64,000 bases of DNA from assembly GCA_009103225.1 (NCBI GenBank), contig RHPI01002264.1, positions 176,779 through 240,778 on the forward strand, written 5' to 3'. How positions within the stretch are numbered: position 1 is the first letter of the stretch; each line of letters opens with the position of its first letter. The notes below the pieces were generated by a model that saw only the letters and a list, made by a program, of their open reading frames with translations, had not been told where the DNA came from and ran no database searches. This stretch comes from Chlorokybus atmophyticus (taxonomy: Eukaryota; Plantae; Mesostigma and Chlorokybus algae). This document shows, in pieces, positions 16,101 to 28,979 of the stretch. The translations under genes and the position numbers were made by a program.

Positions 16101-16140
16101 CCACCTCCTCGCCGCCGCCGCCGCCGCCGCCGCTGTCCAT
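13128..16140 (-). CDS. Amino-acid transporter, Aa_trans (AAAP; AVT6/SLC38-like) family, at least 7 exons; 5' exons uncertain
   Basis: GASVWSTCANVANASVGAGVLAFPFAF, SYQALVAKALG, AYLYGACIAYFIIIG, LPLAMMRSLRRLAIASTL, PIIVFAFQCHMQILPLYAEL, GYLLVGVYGYVAF, VSYPINHFPAR, DLGKVFAVIGSTAG; about 11 hydrophobic segments. Confidence 0.92.
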
Positions 16141-17378
16141 GGCCAACCGCCAGAGCGACTGAGCCAGGTTCACAGGTTCAGTGAAACCGACCGCGTCCGG
16201 TTCATCAGATTCAGTGTGTTCGAGGTCGAAACTGAATCTGTAGATCCAGTTCTTGAAACCTGGTTTCAGATCTAAAGACGAAGGTAGAACGTACGTAATG
16301 CGTACGGCAATGTGCACAGTAGTAGATGCATTGTGCCGTGACGCGTACGGTCTATCTTACCCAATCACCCACAGTAGTCGCGGCGCATAATTTGCTGACA
16401 CGGAACCCGCTGGCGTTCGGCCATGGCCGCTTATCTTCCGTACGCACAGAGAAACCACTTTTGAAGTAGTACAAGTCATGAGAGTCTGCTAGCCTATCTA
16501 CGGTAGCAGATGGTTGATGATCATGGTAGCAGTGCCAGGACCTACAGACTGTAGGCTACAGTACATTGCCACCAGTTCAACGAAGACCATGCTACAATCG
16601 GTTTGCAGTGCGTAGGTATGTATACAGTGGTATACATAGACCGCTACCACGACCAGTAATAGCCTCCGCTACGAACGGTAGCCTAATCTGGGTTGCGTTA
16701 CGAATAGGCCTATGAATAGGTCTAGGTCAGTGTCTGCCGGGGGGGGCTTGAGAAGGTACTTCCGTCAGATGGCGGTGACGGCCGGAGCGACATCTAAAAC
16801 AGGTCGCGGTGACAACATCCAACGCGGAAATAGCTCCCCGCACACACCCGCCGAACCGGCCACACAGGACGGATGCCAGCAATGGAACGCACTGGTTCAC
16901 CGCGCGTCGCGTCAGTGCATGACCGGTTCGAGCAGTGATGTACGCGCACGTGCGGTATACCCGCACGCTACATGTGAATTTAATGGTCACATTAAGGCAC
17001 TTTCCACTGCATGTTGCAAATATCACCGGGCATTCGGTACGATCGATTACCGGGTGCTCATGTCATACATGTCGACCATAGAGATGGACTCTAGTTAGGC
17101 GTGGGGGGGTCTCTTACCGTAGGGCACCGGTACATGACGACGTGATGACTTGGCTGATTTCAATTAAATCCCACCGTTTATGTCACACAAAAGGACACAC
17201 CCACACAACAACATACGAAAAGCACAAAACAACTAAGGGACAGAAAACGTGATACAATAAAACGACAGAGTGGCTGTGTCTCCGTCTCCATTCTCGCACA
17301 GTGGTGGAGTGTGTGCATGTGGGCGGCGGCAGTGGTGGTGGTTGGGAGGTAGTCCAGGGTGTTGGTGTGGTGGGTGTC

Positions 17379-17554
17379 ATGAAGGACGCTGCAGTGACTG
17401 GTGTCGCGCTCCTCCTAAGCCTGCTTGGCGTCGTCCTCCTGCTGCCTGCAGTCTCCTGGGCTCAGCAGCCCCCTGCGCTTGGGCCAGAGTGCCCCATTGT
17501 AGACCCGCCTGCAGGTGAGAGACTGAGTGGGTGGGTGGGTGGGTGGGTGGAAGA

Positions 17555-17610
<56 letters not shown>

Positions 17611-17752
17611 NNNNNNNNNNNNNNNNNNNNNNNNNNNNNNNNNNNNNNNNNNNNNNNNNNNNNNNNNNNNNNNNNNNNNNNNNNNNNNNNNNNNNNNNNN
17701 NNNNNNNNNNNNNNNNNNNNNNNNNNNNNNNNNNNNNNNNNNNNNNNNNNNN

Positions 17753-17832
<80 letters not shown>

Positions 17833-18790
17833 TGCGTGCGTGCGTGCGTGTGTGACCACCCACCCTATGAAGGAGGAGAGAGAGAGTATGTGCGAAAGAG
17901 AATGAGTGATTGAGTGAGTCAGTGCGTGCAAGTCAAGAAGAGTGTGTGTGTCTGTGTGCGTATGTGTGATGCAGAGAGTGTGTGTGCCTTGCCTTGTTAT
18001 TGGAGTTGCAGGCTGACTGTTGGTATGTGTGTTGTACCAGACCAGTGGCTGCGTTGGTCAGATCCTCGGACATGGCCATCGCAGGTAGTTCCACAGCTAG
18101 GTGACGAGGTGAGATACTTATAAACACATACCCACTCGTTGTGCTTGTCACACGCATATGGATGCCGCCCCCCCCCCCCACCACCACCACCACCACCACA
18201 CACGCACGCACGCACCCCACTCGCCCTTTCACCCCCACCCACCCACGCACTCACCCCCACCCAGGTCCTGATCCCCTGCAACACCGCCGTCCTCCTGGAC
18301 GTCTCCCCTCCCGCGCTGTCCGGCCTGTGGATCAAAGGCCAACTGAAGCTGCTGGACGGTCCCTCCGCGCCAGATGAGATTGATGTGGTCACCAATTGGG
18401 TGATAGTGCAGGGGAAGCTGACGATTGGGACGCCCACACAACAGTACTCGAGAAAGTGAGTGTGTATGTTGTGTCGTTTTATTACTTTGTTTGTTTGTTT
18501 GGTCGGAATCCCAACGGTGTGATGATGTGTCTCAGGGTTACTTTTACACTCACGCCTGCGCCGGGGAGACAACAGAAGACGTTTTTCTACCCGGCTGGCA
18601 ACCTTGTGGTCATCGGGCACAAGGCTTTCTATGTCCTTGGTGGCCAGGTATGTGTTATTGAGACAGCACTGTTGTTGTAATGCACATGGCACGCGCTCAC
18701 ACTCACGCTCAGACACATACTCTCAGACACAACCACACATGTTGCTCGCATGCACCTGTGCACAGGCACACGCACATGCATACACGCACA

Positions 18791-18822
<32 letters not shown>

Positions 18823-21800
18823 TGCAACCAATGTGTCTCTTCCTGTCTGCAGCTGGACCTGCACGGTTTGCCTTCGGGTCCCAACACCATTACATGGAGT
18901 TCCTTATACGGCTCCGCATTGGACGGTTCCAACGTAATACGCGTGAAAGACGTGTTTGGCAGCTGGCAGATTGGTGACGATATCGCCATTGCCCCGAGCG
19001 ATTTCGACTTCAACGAGGCTGAGCAGTTCACCATCGTCGATATCAAGCGCATCATCCCGACATCGAACCACGCTATCGTCACGTTGGACGGGAAGCTCCG
19101 ATATAAGCACTTTGGCAACCGTATCGTTGTCCCGGCCGACAACAACAACAACAGCACGTACTCGTTCTATGAGGACACGCAAGTGGGTTTGTTGACGAGG
19201 AACATTGTGATTAGAGGTGTTGAAGAGAGTGGGGACTATGCGTTGGAAGGTGGACACCTCGTCGTGGCGTACACGAGCACCCCGCAGTATATCGAGGGTG
19301 TGGAGTTGATATCCATGGGTCAGCAGGGGAACATCGGGCGATATCCGATGCATATGCATCAGTGCGGATATCACCCCGACACGTATATCCGCGGCAACGC
19401 TGTACATCACTCTTTCCAGCGTGGAGTTGTCATCCACGGCACGCACGATGTGGACGTGCGGTCCAATGTGCTGTACAACATACAGGGACACGGGTACTTC
19501 CTCGAGGACGGCGTGGAGACCGGCAACGTGTTCACCAACAACTTGGCCATATACATTGTATCAGTGACGAAGCTGATATCAGAGGAGGAGACGGATGACG
19601 AGCCCTCGGCGTTCTGGATGTCCAACTTGGACAACACGTGGACGAACAACGTGGCGGCGGGGTGCGAGGCCATCGGATACTGGATGGAACTCAGAAAGTG
19701 AGCGCGTTGTGAACGTCAAAAGTGTGTGCGCGCGCGTGCATGTGTGTGCTCGTGCACGTGCGCTTGTGCTTGCGCATGCGGGTGTGGTGTGGGTGTGTGA
19801 GCGTGTGTGTTGGCATATGGACGCTCATATGTTGTCTTCTTGTCTCTATCAGTGCTGTGAGAGGGGAGTCGGCGGCGAGGCCAGAGGCCAAAGGCATGGT
19901 CCCGCGTGAGATCCCCCTCAGACTGTTCAAAGGGTAAGCGCTGTTCGTGTCCTTATACACTGCCCAACTCACTCACTCACTCACTTGTCTCTCAGTTTTT
20001 CTCAAACACATACACATGCACCCACATCTTGACTCACCCACTCAGTCATGCACGCTCTCTAACTCACGCATGAATGCGTGTTGAATGCGTTCATTGTTCC
20101 CACACCATGTTGGATGCTGAACTTACCTACTCCTCTCTTCCCAACAGCAACACGGCGCACGCAACCGGGTGGGGTCTTCGTACCTACCCTTCCGGCTATT
20201 TCGGTCCCGAGAGCACGATATACAACTTCCTGGCCTTCAAGAACCGGATATCGGGCGTGTTTTTCCACAAGACTCGCAACTTTCGCGTGTTTGGGAGCCG
20301 GTTCCTCGACAACGCCGTTGGGGTGGATATCGACCGCGCCGGCGATATCAACGTGGCGTGGAGCTACTTTGTTGCCACAACACCAAACGACCCGTACGGG
20401 TGTCTCAATTTCACAACAAAGGACCCGGCCAACCCCAACACATGCGTGTACACACGCAACAGCGTGTGCCAACCCACATACCACTCGGTGACAAATGTTG
20501 CTTCCTATTACGGTGTGTCTATGCACTGCAACAACGCGTATCCCGACGCGGGTGCGAGGCTGGAGAACAATGTGTACTTTGGGTTTAAGCACCTGTGCAA
20601 GCCCATGGCGGCGATATACGCGGACCCGACCACGTTGGGTGACAACCCACAAGCTGTTTGGGAGACACGCACGCAGATATACAAACAGACCTTCATATCG
20701 TCGCTGCCTCTGTCTATCCAGCACGGGACCAATGCCGATTTCGGCTTCGAGGCATATAATCAGTTCACCCTTTGGGACACGGATGGCAGTATCATGCAAC
20801 AGAGTGGTTATCTCACCTCTGGGAACAATGTTGGGCTTGTGGACACGCGGCGATGCACCCCGCCCAAAGATGATATCAACGCTTACGCCTGCCCGGGAGC
20901 TTGTTATCGGCAAGTGCAGGTCCGGTTCGTGGAGTCTGCGCCCGATATCTACAGCACGGTGACTGTATCGGGCCGAAGAGGGCAGTATTACGCCCTCAAA
21001 GGTGGATATTACACCACCGGCAACTCTATTAACGACAAGAACCATGTGTTCTACGCGGCCATACAGAGCGCCACAACATACACATTCAACATACTCTCCA
21101 CTTACCCAACAAGAACTCCCACCCAAGTTGGGATATATCTCTCCGACTCCGATACTGCTGCCTGGGGCGAGGAAAACTGCGGCAGCTTCGTCGATATCAT
21201 CCTCCCGGCCCCGCGAGCAGGGTATCGCTTCGTGCCGTTATCGGGACCTATTGTTGCCGATTTCTGCCCCGGCACGAGTGAGGACAAATGGCCAGATGGG
21301 TTTGCAGTGTACTCGTACACGTGTGTCAACAACAGGTGGGTGATGCGCATGAGGGCGGGGAGATACATGTCCGGCGAGGTGTGGCTCACACAAGTTCCCG
21401 GAGACGTGTGTCAAGCCATGAAGACGTGTACGGGTTTCCAAGGAAGGAGTGTGTGGAAGTATCTCGATGATGGCTCGGATGCTATCACAGCTGGCTTCAT
21501 GAAACCAACATATGATGACACGAGGTGGAAGAGTGGACCCGCGCTGCTCGGGTTCGGGCCCTACGCTGTCAAACAAACTTACGTCAGGTATGTGGTTCTG
21601 TTGTTGGTGGTAGTGGTGGTGGTGGTGGTGTGGGTGTTGTGTGTTGTAGTGTGCTGATTGCCATGTGTGCTTGAGCAGGTTCAGCACGGCAACGAGGCCG
21701 CAGATTGCCAGCTGGTTCTTCCGGCGCACCTTCTCCATCAAAAGTAAGTAACACCATCATCACCCTTCCAGTCCCTGTATGCTACGCGCACACACATGCA

Positions 21801-22212
21801 CACACGCGCACACACATGCACGTGCGCGCATATACGCAAAAGGTGCACCAGCATGTGAACCTGTGTGCACACGTGTACCTGACACGACAACCAACCCACA
21901 TTGCTTTTACCCCCAGGTGCTGCGTGCGTGATCGGCTTCCACATTGGTCACAAGCTCTCCCACGGCGCTATCATCTACATAAACGGCATCGAGATCTTCC
22001 GCTACTACTTACCCCCGGGTCCCATAACCTATCTCACCTTCGCCGAGGGGGCTCGTTATGTGACAGATGCATCACCTTACACCCCCGTCACACTCAACAA
22101 CGCCATACCGTACCTCGTGGATGGGAATAATGTTGTTGCGGTGGAGCTGCATATGAATTATAGACTGGCCAGCGCGTTCGATATGCTGCTCAACCTCGAC
22201 ATCAAGTGCTGA
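17379..22212 (+). CDS. Secreted G8-domain / right-handed beta-helix protein (fibrocystin-L/CEMIP/TMEM2-like core) with a C-terminal bacterial-type jelly-roll module; 9 exons, about 1,070 aa
   Basis: Signal peptide MKDAAVTGVALLLSLLGVVLLLPAVSWAQ. G8: WSDPRTWP..VPQLGDEVLIPCNTAVLLDVSPP.L.GLWIKGQLKL. Beta-helix core: WQIGDDIAIAPSDF..EAE, VGLLTRNIVIRG, GGHL, GQQGNIGRYPMHMH, HSFQRGVVIHGTH, GHGYFLEDGVETGN, SAFWMSN. C-terminus: WKYLDDGSD..DDTRWKSGPALLGFG..FFRRTF..GAIIYINGIEIFR..GNNVVAVELH. Confidence 0.88.
17558..17829. repeat. (CT)n microsatellite flanking a 142-nt N gap in intron 1 of the G8 gene
   Basis: Pure CT runs on both sides of N at 17611-17752. Confidence 0.95.
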
Positions 22213-23298
22213 TGTGGAAGGTGGGGTGGGCGTTGGTGTGTATGTGGGTATATGGGTATTTGTTTTGGGTGTACACTCGCACACACGTGCGCATGTAGTA
22301 CAGTTACTGCGTGCGTGTGTGTCCGAAGTGTCGGAGTTAGCGTGACTTGGGTGGCCTTTTTCCCCTCCTCTTCTTCTTTTCTTTCCCTCCTTTCTTTTCC
22401 ACTCTTCTAATGAAGCGAGCGAGAGTTTGTTCGAGCTTGATCCTGTATGTAGAGAGCTGGCTAGCTGTAGCCATAAACTACAGCTAGGTTTCCAGTAGCT
22501 GTTTACAAGCAGCTTGGACCTCAGGGTGTAGGCAGAAACTTGAACTGCCTGTGTGTGTGTTTGTGTAAATACAGAGCCAAACACAGATAGTGACGCTGCA
22601 ACGTGTTGAAGTTGCACAGTAGAATGATTAGATGGTGACTAGTTAGAGAGTTAATGAAAGCGCACTGTTGCTCCTTTATGCCAATTGAATGCATCTGCCC
22701 ATACGCAAGCAAGTGTCACACCTGTATTGTACGCGTGCGCACACGGAGGTGCACGCATGCACGGGGTGCGCAGCAACCCAAACATATTGCCCATAGAGTT
22801 GCCTCACCACACAGCATATGCACCACAACCTGCACAAGCGAAAAGGAAATGTAGCTGCAAGTGCTTAGCTACCAGCTTGACGCACGTGTCTTGAGCACAT
22901 TAGATGATAGGCGCCAGCGCGCGTGTGCACACAAACTGAACAGGCAAACAAGGAAAGATACAAATCAATGCAATCACACCACACACGCGCGCATGTATGC
23001 ATTCATGCAGACAAAAACATCCATGAAAGCCAGGAAAACAACCAAAAGCATACACTCACAAACACAGACGCGCACGCACGCACCCGCAGGCACATGCTCA
23101 CCCAGGAAAGTGCTGCTGTTGTCACACCGCGTGCTTTACCACTCCAGCTTGTTGCTCACACAAACTGTCTCAATGACACACCCAACCACCCAACATATGT
23201 ACCACAACCCAACATGTACACCTACCCCAACTCACCTACACAACACCTTTGCACCTTTCCAACATCTATAAGCCTTCCTCTCCATCTCTTTCTCTCAC

Positions 23299-23722
23299 TC
23301 AACGAATGCTTGGTGGGGCATGCTTCTTATACGTCGGCCCGATGTAATTGTTGTACAGGTATGCTGCTCCATACGTTTGCGGGAGTGACAGCCACAACAC
23401 CAACACGAGCTTGATGTAGAAGTAGAGTGGGACGTAGCTCAGCACTGGCCACAAACCCCACTCGATGAACTGAGCCACGCCGTACACCACCCAGTAAGTC
23501 AACCACTGACGGTCGTCGTCTTTGTCGCCGGTGTCGAGAGCACGGATGGACGCAAGCGCTGGCCATACCGTCGCCGCCATAAAGCTGGAGAACAATGACA
23601 TGGACATGCATGAGGACATGCGTAAAGACAAGTCCTATGAGAGGATCCACGCCACATGCAGGCAAGTGGGGCACACACTCTCTGTCTCTTAACACTTACC
23701 AGAGAAGCTGGCCCAGCGCCAT
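23299..23722 (-). CDS. TB2/DP1/HVA22 (REEP/Yop1-like) ER-shaping protein, at least 2 exons
   Basis: MALGQLL|CFMAATVWPALASIRALDTGDKDDDRQWLTYWVVYG...WPVLSYVPLYFYIKLVLVLWLSLPQTYGAAYLYNNYIGP. Intron runs GTAAGT (23699) to TTCTCCAG. The C-terminus may continue in an unseen exon. Confidence 0.88.
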
Positions 23723-24187
23723 TGTGGGTATTTTCTCTCCTGCAACGGCGGGGATGGATGACAACCACCTGACCAACCTCACCGCCACCGCCGCCGATGA
23801 GGAGGAGGACAACGACAACAACAGCAACACCAAGTCTATCTGTGCACTGGCAGATACGCACTGACAGTAGTATTCCAGGTTCACAGATCGGGTTCAACTC
23901 GACTCTGGTTGCTGCTTGCCGAGTTGTTCGAAGCGGTTCGGTAGCAACCGGTTATGATCGATCCTGGTCAGGTACTTGTCCTCAGCGGGGTTGTTGGCGA
24001 GGTCGTGTCTCTTGGCGGCGGCGGCGGACGAGGAGCAGGACCAGGAGGAGGAGGTAGAGGAGTAAGAGGAGGGGAGGGAGCATAGGATTGGTGCGTATGC
24101 TGCTGCGGAGGTGCGCCACTGGAGCCCTGGCCTTAGCCTCTGTAGCAGGAGGAGGGGCGACCAAGGGGCTCCTGCTGCTGAGACAAG

Positions 24188-24236
<49 letters not shown>

Positions 24237-24490
24237 CTCCAGCTGCTACTTTGCACGACTGTGTATTCACGTGAAGCGCAATGACAATCGTAGGAATTAA
24301 CAAACACACAAACAGAGTGGATTGCCACTGCATAACTACTACTCATTGAGCTTTTCAATGTGTATTACGAGCTCAATGCCCGAACACAACAGGCAACAAA
24401 CTCATTGTACAGTGGCATGCGCGCGCACGCGCACGCACGCAACGTGATGGTGCCTGTTGCCATCACAACTCTTTGTACCACCACACGCAG

Positions 24491-25787
24491 ATGGGTGTCT
24501 CCGCCCCGCACACGAACACTCTTCCCTCCCCCTCCCCCTCCCCCTCCCCCCCTCCCCGCGCGTTCACGTCCATCCCCGTCATCGACGTGTCCGCGCTGCC
24601 CCGCGTCGCCGATGATGTGGCTATGTGGCGCCAGTCTGCCGCTGTCAGGGCCGTCGCGGACGATATCCACAACGCATGCCGCGACGTCGGGTTCTTCTAT
24701 GTGGTACGTGATGCCGTGACTACAAGCACGTGTCAATTGGTGGGTGTGGGTGTGCACTTGTGCGCGTGGGTACGTGGGTGTGCACGGTAGTGCAAGCGTG
24801 TGCGCATACACATACGCGAGCACATGCACATAAAAGGACACGTGCACGCGTAGTTGTTGAACACGACTGCGTGTCCCCTCCCTAAACACACCTGCAATCC
24901 CCCCCNAGGGGGTGTTCCAACATCTTCTTCTCCCACTCTTTCGCGTGAGAGCCGGCGGTTCCTCAAAGCTCCAGCTGAGAGTGGTTTGAGTTGTGTGTGG
25001 GGTGTCCTCACGCCCTCGGACCCCGTTGGTGTTGTTGTCACGCTCACGCTCCCGCCCCCATCACTCAACTCGCTAAAGGAGAAGGACAAAGAGTGTGCAT
25101 GTGCGCCACGTGACGTGCGCGGGGGAGATAGCGTGCTCGCCACCACCCACACGCACACACGTGCACGCAAGTGGTTATGTGCGTATACACACATACATGT
25201 GTGCATGACATGTATTAACGCACACTCACATACAAGCGACTTGCCAGATTCGTGGCTACATACATGTTTGCCTACACTGCGCACCCCCTGTTGTCATCAG
25301 TATGCGTGCTTTGCACATAGTGTGTACGCAGTTGTGTCATGCATGATATCCCTCAGACGGGCCACGGCGTGCCAAAGAGGTTGACGAGGGGTGTCATCGA
25401 CCTCGCGCGCAAGTTCTTTGCGTTGGGCGACGAGGAGAAGCAACGGATCGCGTTGACTGCCAACAGCGGATCAAGGCAAGAGAGACTTGTTGTTGTTCAC
25501 CATGTGTGTCATGCATGCATTGGTCACACATTCAGTACTACAGGGTCAGTTCTGCGCAGGGGTTATCAGAAGATTGGACTCAATGTCACAAAAGGCTTGA
25601 AAGACTGGCACGAAGCTCTGGATGTGAGTGGTTGCCTGGGTTCATGACGGTACTGACTTTTGGCACTGTTATCTTGCATCAGATCAGGGAGCTGCATGCT
25701 TGACCAACCGCTGAGTGATGTTATGTCCGTGATGGCGCACATATGTGCGAGTGTGCGCGCGTATGCGTGCGTGTGCGCACTCATGCC

Positions 25788-25855
<68 letters not shown>

Positions 25856-26323
25856 ACCCANACCCACACAAATATGCACTGCATGCGTGCGCATGTGCCA
25901 CATGTGTACGTCTTGCATGCTATCACTGACATACTATCCTTCCTCAGTTCATGACTGAGCTGCCGCCCTCATCATCATCATCATCACCACCCCATCCCGA
26001 TCCGATATCCGGTCCGAACCAGTGGCCGACCGAGCTGATACCTTTTCGGCCGGTGTACGAGGAGTATATCGCCGAGCTCAATGCGCTGGGGAAGCGCCTG
26101 ATGCGGGCGATATCGCTCGGGCTGACGGGAGGAAACGACCCGCTTTTGTGGGAGAAGAGCGTGGCGGAGGAGAATTTCTGGATACTGAGAGCGATTGGAT
26201 ATCCGCCTGCAGGGTTTGATATCCATGCCCGTGAAAGCGATGTCGGCCTGGGATGGTGCGAATGTTACCTGTGTGTCTCGTTCACACTCGCACGTACACG
26301 CTCGCTTTCACAGGCCCGTCGCC

Positions 26324-26380
<57 letters not shown>

Positions 26381-27257
26381 GCGCGCGCACGTATACGCAT
26401 AACAGCCACAGACTCAATGGTTGTAATGTTTTTGTCTTGTGGGATGTGTGCAGTGGGGAGCACACGGATTACGGTACGTGTTGCTAGTGTAGTGGCACAT
26501 GCAAAGATGCAACCCTAGCGGCGGTGTTGTCTTCAGCAACACCAGAGTTACCTGTCTTGCAGGCCTGCTAACTATGGTCAATCAGTCTGAAGACGTCACT
26601 GCACTTGAGGTACATATACCCACAGACGCACGCGTGCATGCATGCACGTATGTGTGCGGCTGTGTGCGCGCGCATGCGTGTGGTGGTATACAATGTATCC
26701 GTGTACACGCTGTTATACACGTTTCACACCTTTCAGCATGGTTACTTGCCGTATCGCACCCTTCACCTTCTGACTAAGCCCGGTGACAGGCGAGGAATGT
26801 TCGTGGCGAGTGGGTGGCTGCAAAGCCCATTCCAGACACTTTTGTTGTGAACATCGGCGACATGTTTAAGGTGGGCATCTGTGTCACATATGCATCACCA
26901 CATATGCATCACCCCTGCCCAATGCAACCCCAAAATCTGTCCAACTCATGTTGGCGTCTAGGTGTGGACCAATGGAGAATACGAACCCACCGTTCATCGC
27001 GTACTCACCGCCAACGACAAGTACCGCGTTTCGGTGCCCTTTTTCTACGAGGTGAGGAGTGTGGTGCGCATGTTGTGATGTTGGACAACTAGTGCGTGTG
27101 TGAATGTTGGTGCGTGTGTCTGCAGCCGGACTTGAGCGCAGTGGTGAAGCCGCTAACGACCCTCATCAAAGGTCAAAACGGCGGTTATGAAGGGGTTTGT
27201 TATGGGGATCATGTGCGGCGCAAGGTGTCCAACAACTTCAAGTACGATGATGTGTAA
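24491..27257 (+). CDS. 2-oxoglutarate/Fe(II) dioxygenase (DIOX_N plus 2OG-FeII_Oxy), DOXC23/DIN11-like; 9 exons
   Basis: IPVIDVS, ACRDVGFFYV|TGHG, RGYQKIGLNVTKGLKDWHEALD, GPNQWP, FWILRAIGYP, GCGEHTDYGLLTMVNQ (HxD), PIPDTFVVNIGDM, NGEYEPTVHRV (distal His), YRVSVPFFYE (RxS), YGDHVRRKVSNNF. Confidence 0.93.
24907..25142 (+). repeat. 236-bp exact copy of formin coding DNA (35424-35659) inside intron 1 of the dioxygenase gene
   Basis: Identical from AGGGGGTGTTCCAACATC to GATAGCGTGCTCGCCA; starts directly after a C-run and a single N at 24906. Confidence 0.9.
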
Positions 27258-28211
27258 AGGCGATTGCTTGTATCTATTGGTTTGATCACCAGGTGTTAAA
27301 TAATAAAGGTACAGCCACAATACAAACAGCTAACTAGATGTAATAATCCCTGTATACTACTACTACACAACGCAAGGTCTGCAAACCTGCATTGAGACTG
27401 ACTATTTGCAAGGTTTGCAACTGGATGGCTGCAAGCACATGACATACTAGTCAACTATCATGCGTCCATTAGATGTATGCGTGCTGTTTTTTGGGTGCGT
27501 CGCTACACAAGGCCGTGACTGCGTACCTCCGCTGAGGCATCATGTGCATGATAGATTACTGTCGCTGCTGATGGGTGAATTTTTATTATGCAATAGCCGG
27601 AGCAACGCACACATTAAGTTCTCTTGCTGGCTTGGGTGGACTGCTTGGTGCCCTCCCATTGCATAGACCTTTTGGCAGGGAAGCGCCAGCCCATGTTCAT
27701 GACTTGTTGTTGTATTAGTTGTGGCTGACTAGCCTAGGTTGTTTTACTGGCTGTGGTCTGCGCTACCATTGCACAAACATACGCTCGACGCAGCTTCTCT
27801 GATACTTATGTGCAACACCAACAAACACATGCCACATTTTCCTGGACTCTGTGCATCGCAGACACATGCACGCATTTGCCCAATGCGCCCAAACCACAGA
27901 GCCATTGCCTTCAGAATATTACTGGATGAACTTAGTGCAACACACAGCCAAGCAGCAGAAGCGCTAACAACCTGCAGGCTAGAGTCTGTGCACAAGCAAC
28001 ACCATAACCCAACAAGAAAAGCATGCAACACCCACACCATCGGCATTGGCTAACATGCAGCCTCCCAAACCTGTGCAACTGTCACGAATGAAGCAACACG
28101 CGCACAACCAACCCACAAACGCATAACGCAGTGATGCGCAAATCATTCCTCATGAATTCAAAACCACTGTGTACTGATCTGATCACAAGGCACATACTCA
28201 TTCTATCTCTC

Positions 28212-28979
28212 TTAAGCGTCGGCGATGGTGACCTCAACCTCTACCCCGGGCTCGATGGAGATGGAGGTGATCTGCTTCACGACCTCGCTGGGGGAGTGCA
28301 TGTCGATCAGGCGCTTGTGCACGCGCATCTCGTAGCGATCCCACGTGTTTGTACCCTCACCGCAAGGAGACTTGCGAGTAGTGATGCGCAGGACCTGACC
28401 ACACAATTGTTGGCAACAACGTTGAGTACTGAGTGTGACACCGACAACGTAAACAACTTGTTCTCAATACCAAAATGGCATAGATTATGCAGGGTGAACG
28501 TACATACATACAGATGCATACCCTGCATCAATGCAACTATGTTCATCAATACATCATGCTGCACGTGTGTGTAACATGAATCGACAAACGCCATGTGTGT
28601 AAGTTATCCTAGACTTGAACAATCAAGCATACGTGCGACTATGCAGCTGCTGCTGCGGCATGAGGAAGCGAGATGAATGCGTCGCACTTGTGCAAACAGA
28701 TGGAAACGTCAGCTGACAGCAAGCCTAAAATTGAGTTAGAAGCAAAGAAGCTCAGCTATCAAGCCTGGCTGTGTGGGGTGTGTTGTCTACCTTGGTGGGC
28801 ATGCGGACTGGGCCCTTGACGCGGAGTCGCTTCTCCTTGGCTCCGCGCACGAGGTCAGCGCACACCTTTTCAAGTGAACTGACGGAGCGGGATGTGAGGG
28901 TAATGCGGATGCGGTGGACCCGCTCCGTCTCGCCGCCGCCCTTCTCGCCGCCGCCCACCGCCGCCTTCATGCTCTGCAT
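28212..28979 (-). CDS. RPS20: 40S ribosomal protein uS10 (S20), 2 coding exons (28979-28791, 28394-28212)
   Basis: [43 protein letters not shown]|[60 protein letters not shown]. Confidence 0.98.

Noticed and set aside
20059-21126. 355-aa minus-strand ORF and similar antisense ORFs over the G8 and formin exons
   Set aside because: Antisense shadows of well-supported genes.
22461-22487. CTAGCTGTAG/CTACAGCTAG 10-bp hairpin as a Helitron 3' end
   Set aside because: No correctly spaced CTRR terminus, 5' TC end or Rep/Hel remnants.
23894-24358. 154-aa minus-strand ORF upstream of HVA22
   Set aside because: Low-complexity, includes a (CA)n tract, no recognisable domain; more likely 5' UTR or promoter between divergent genes.
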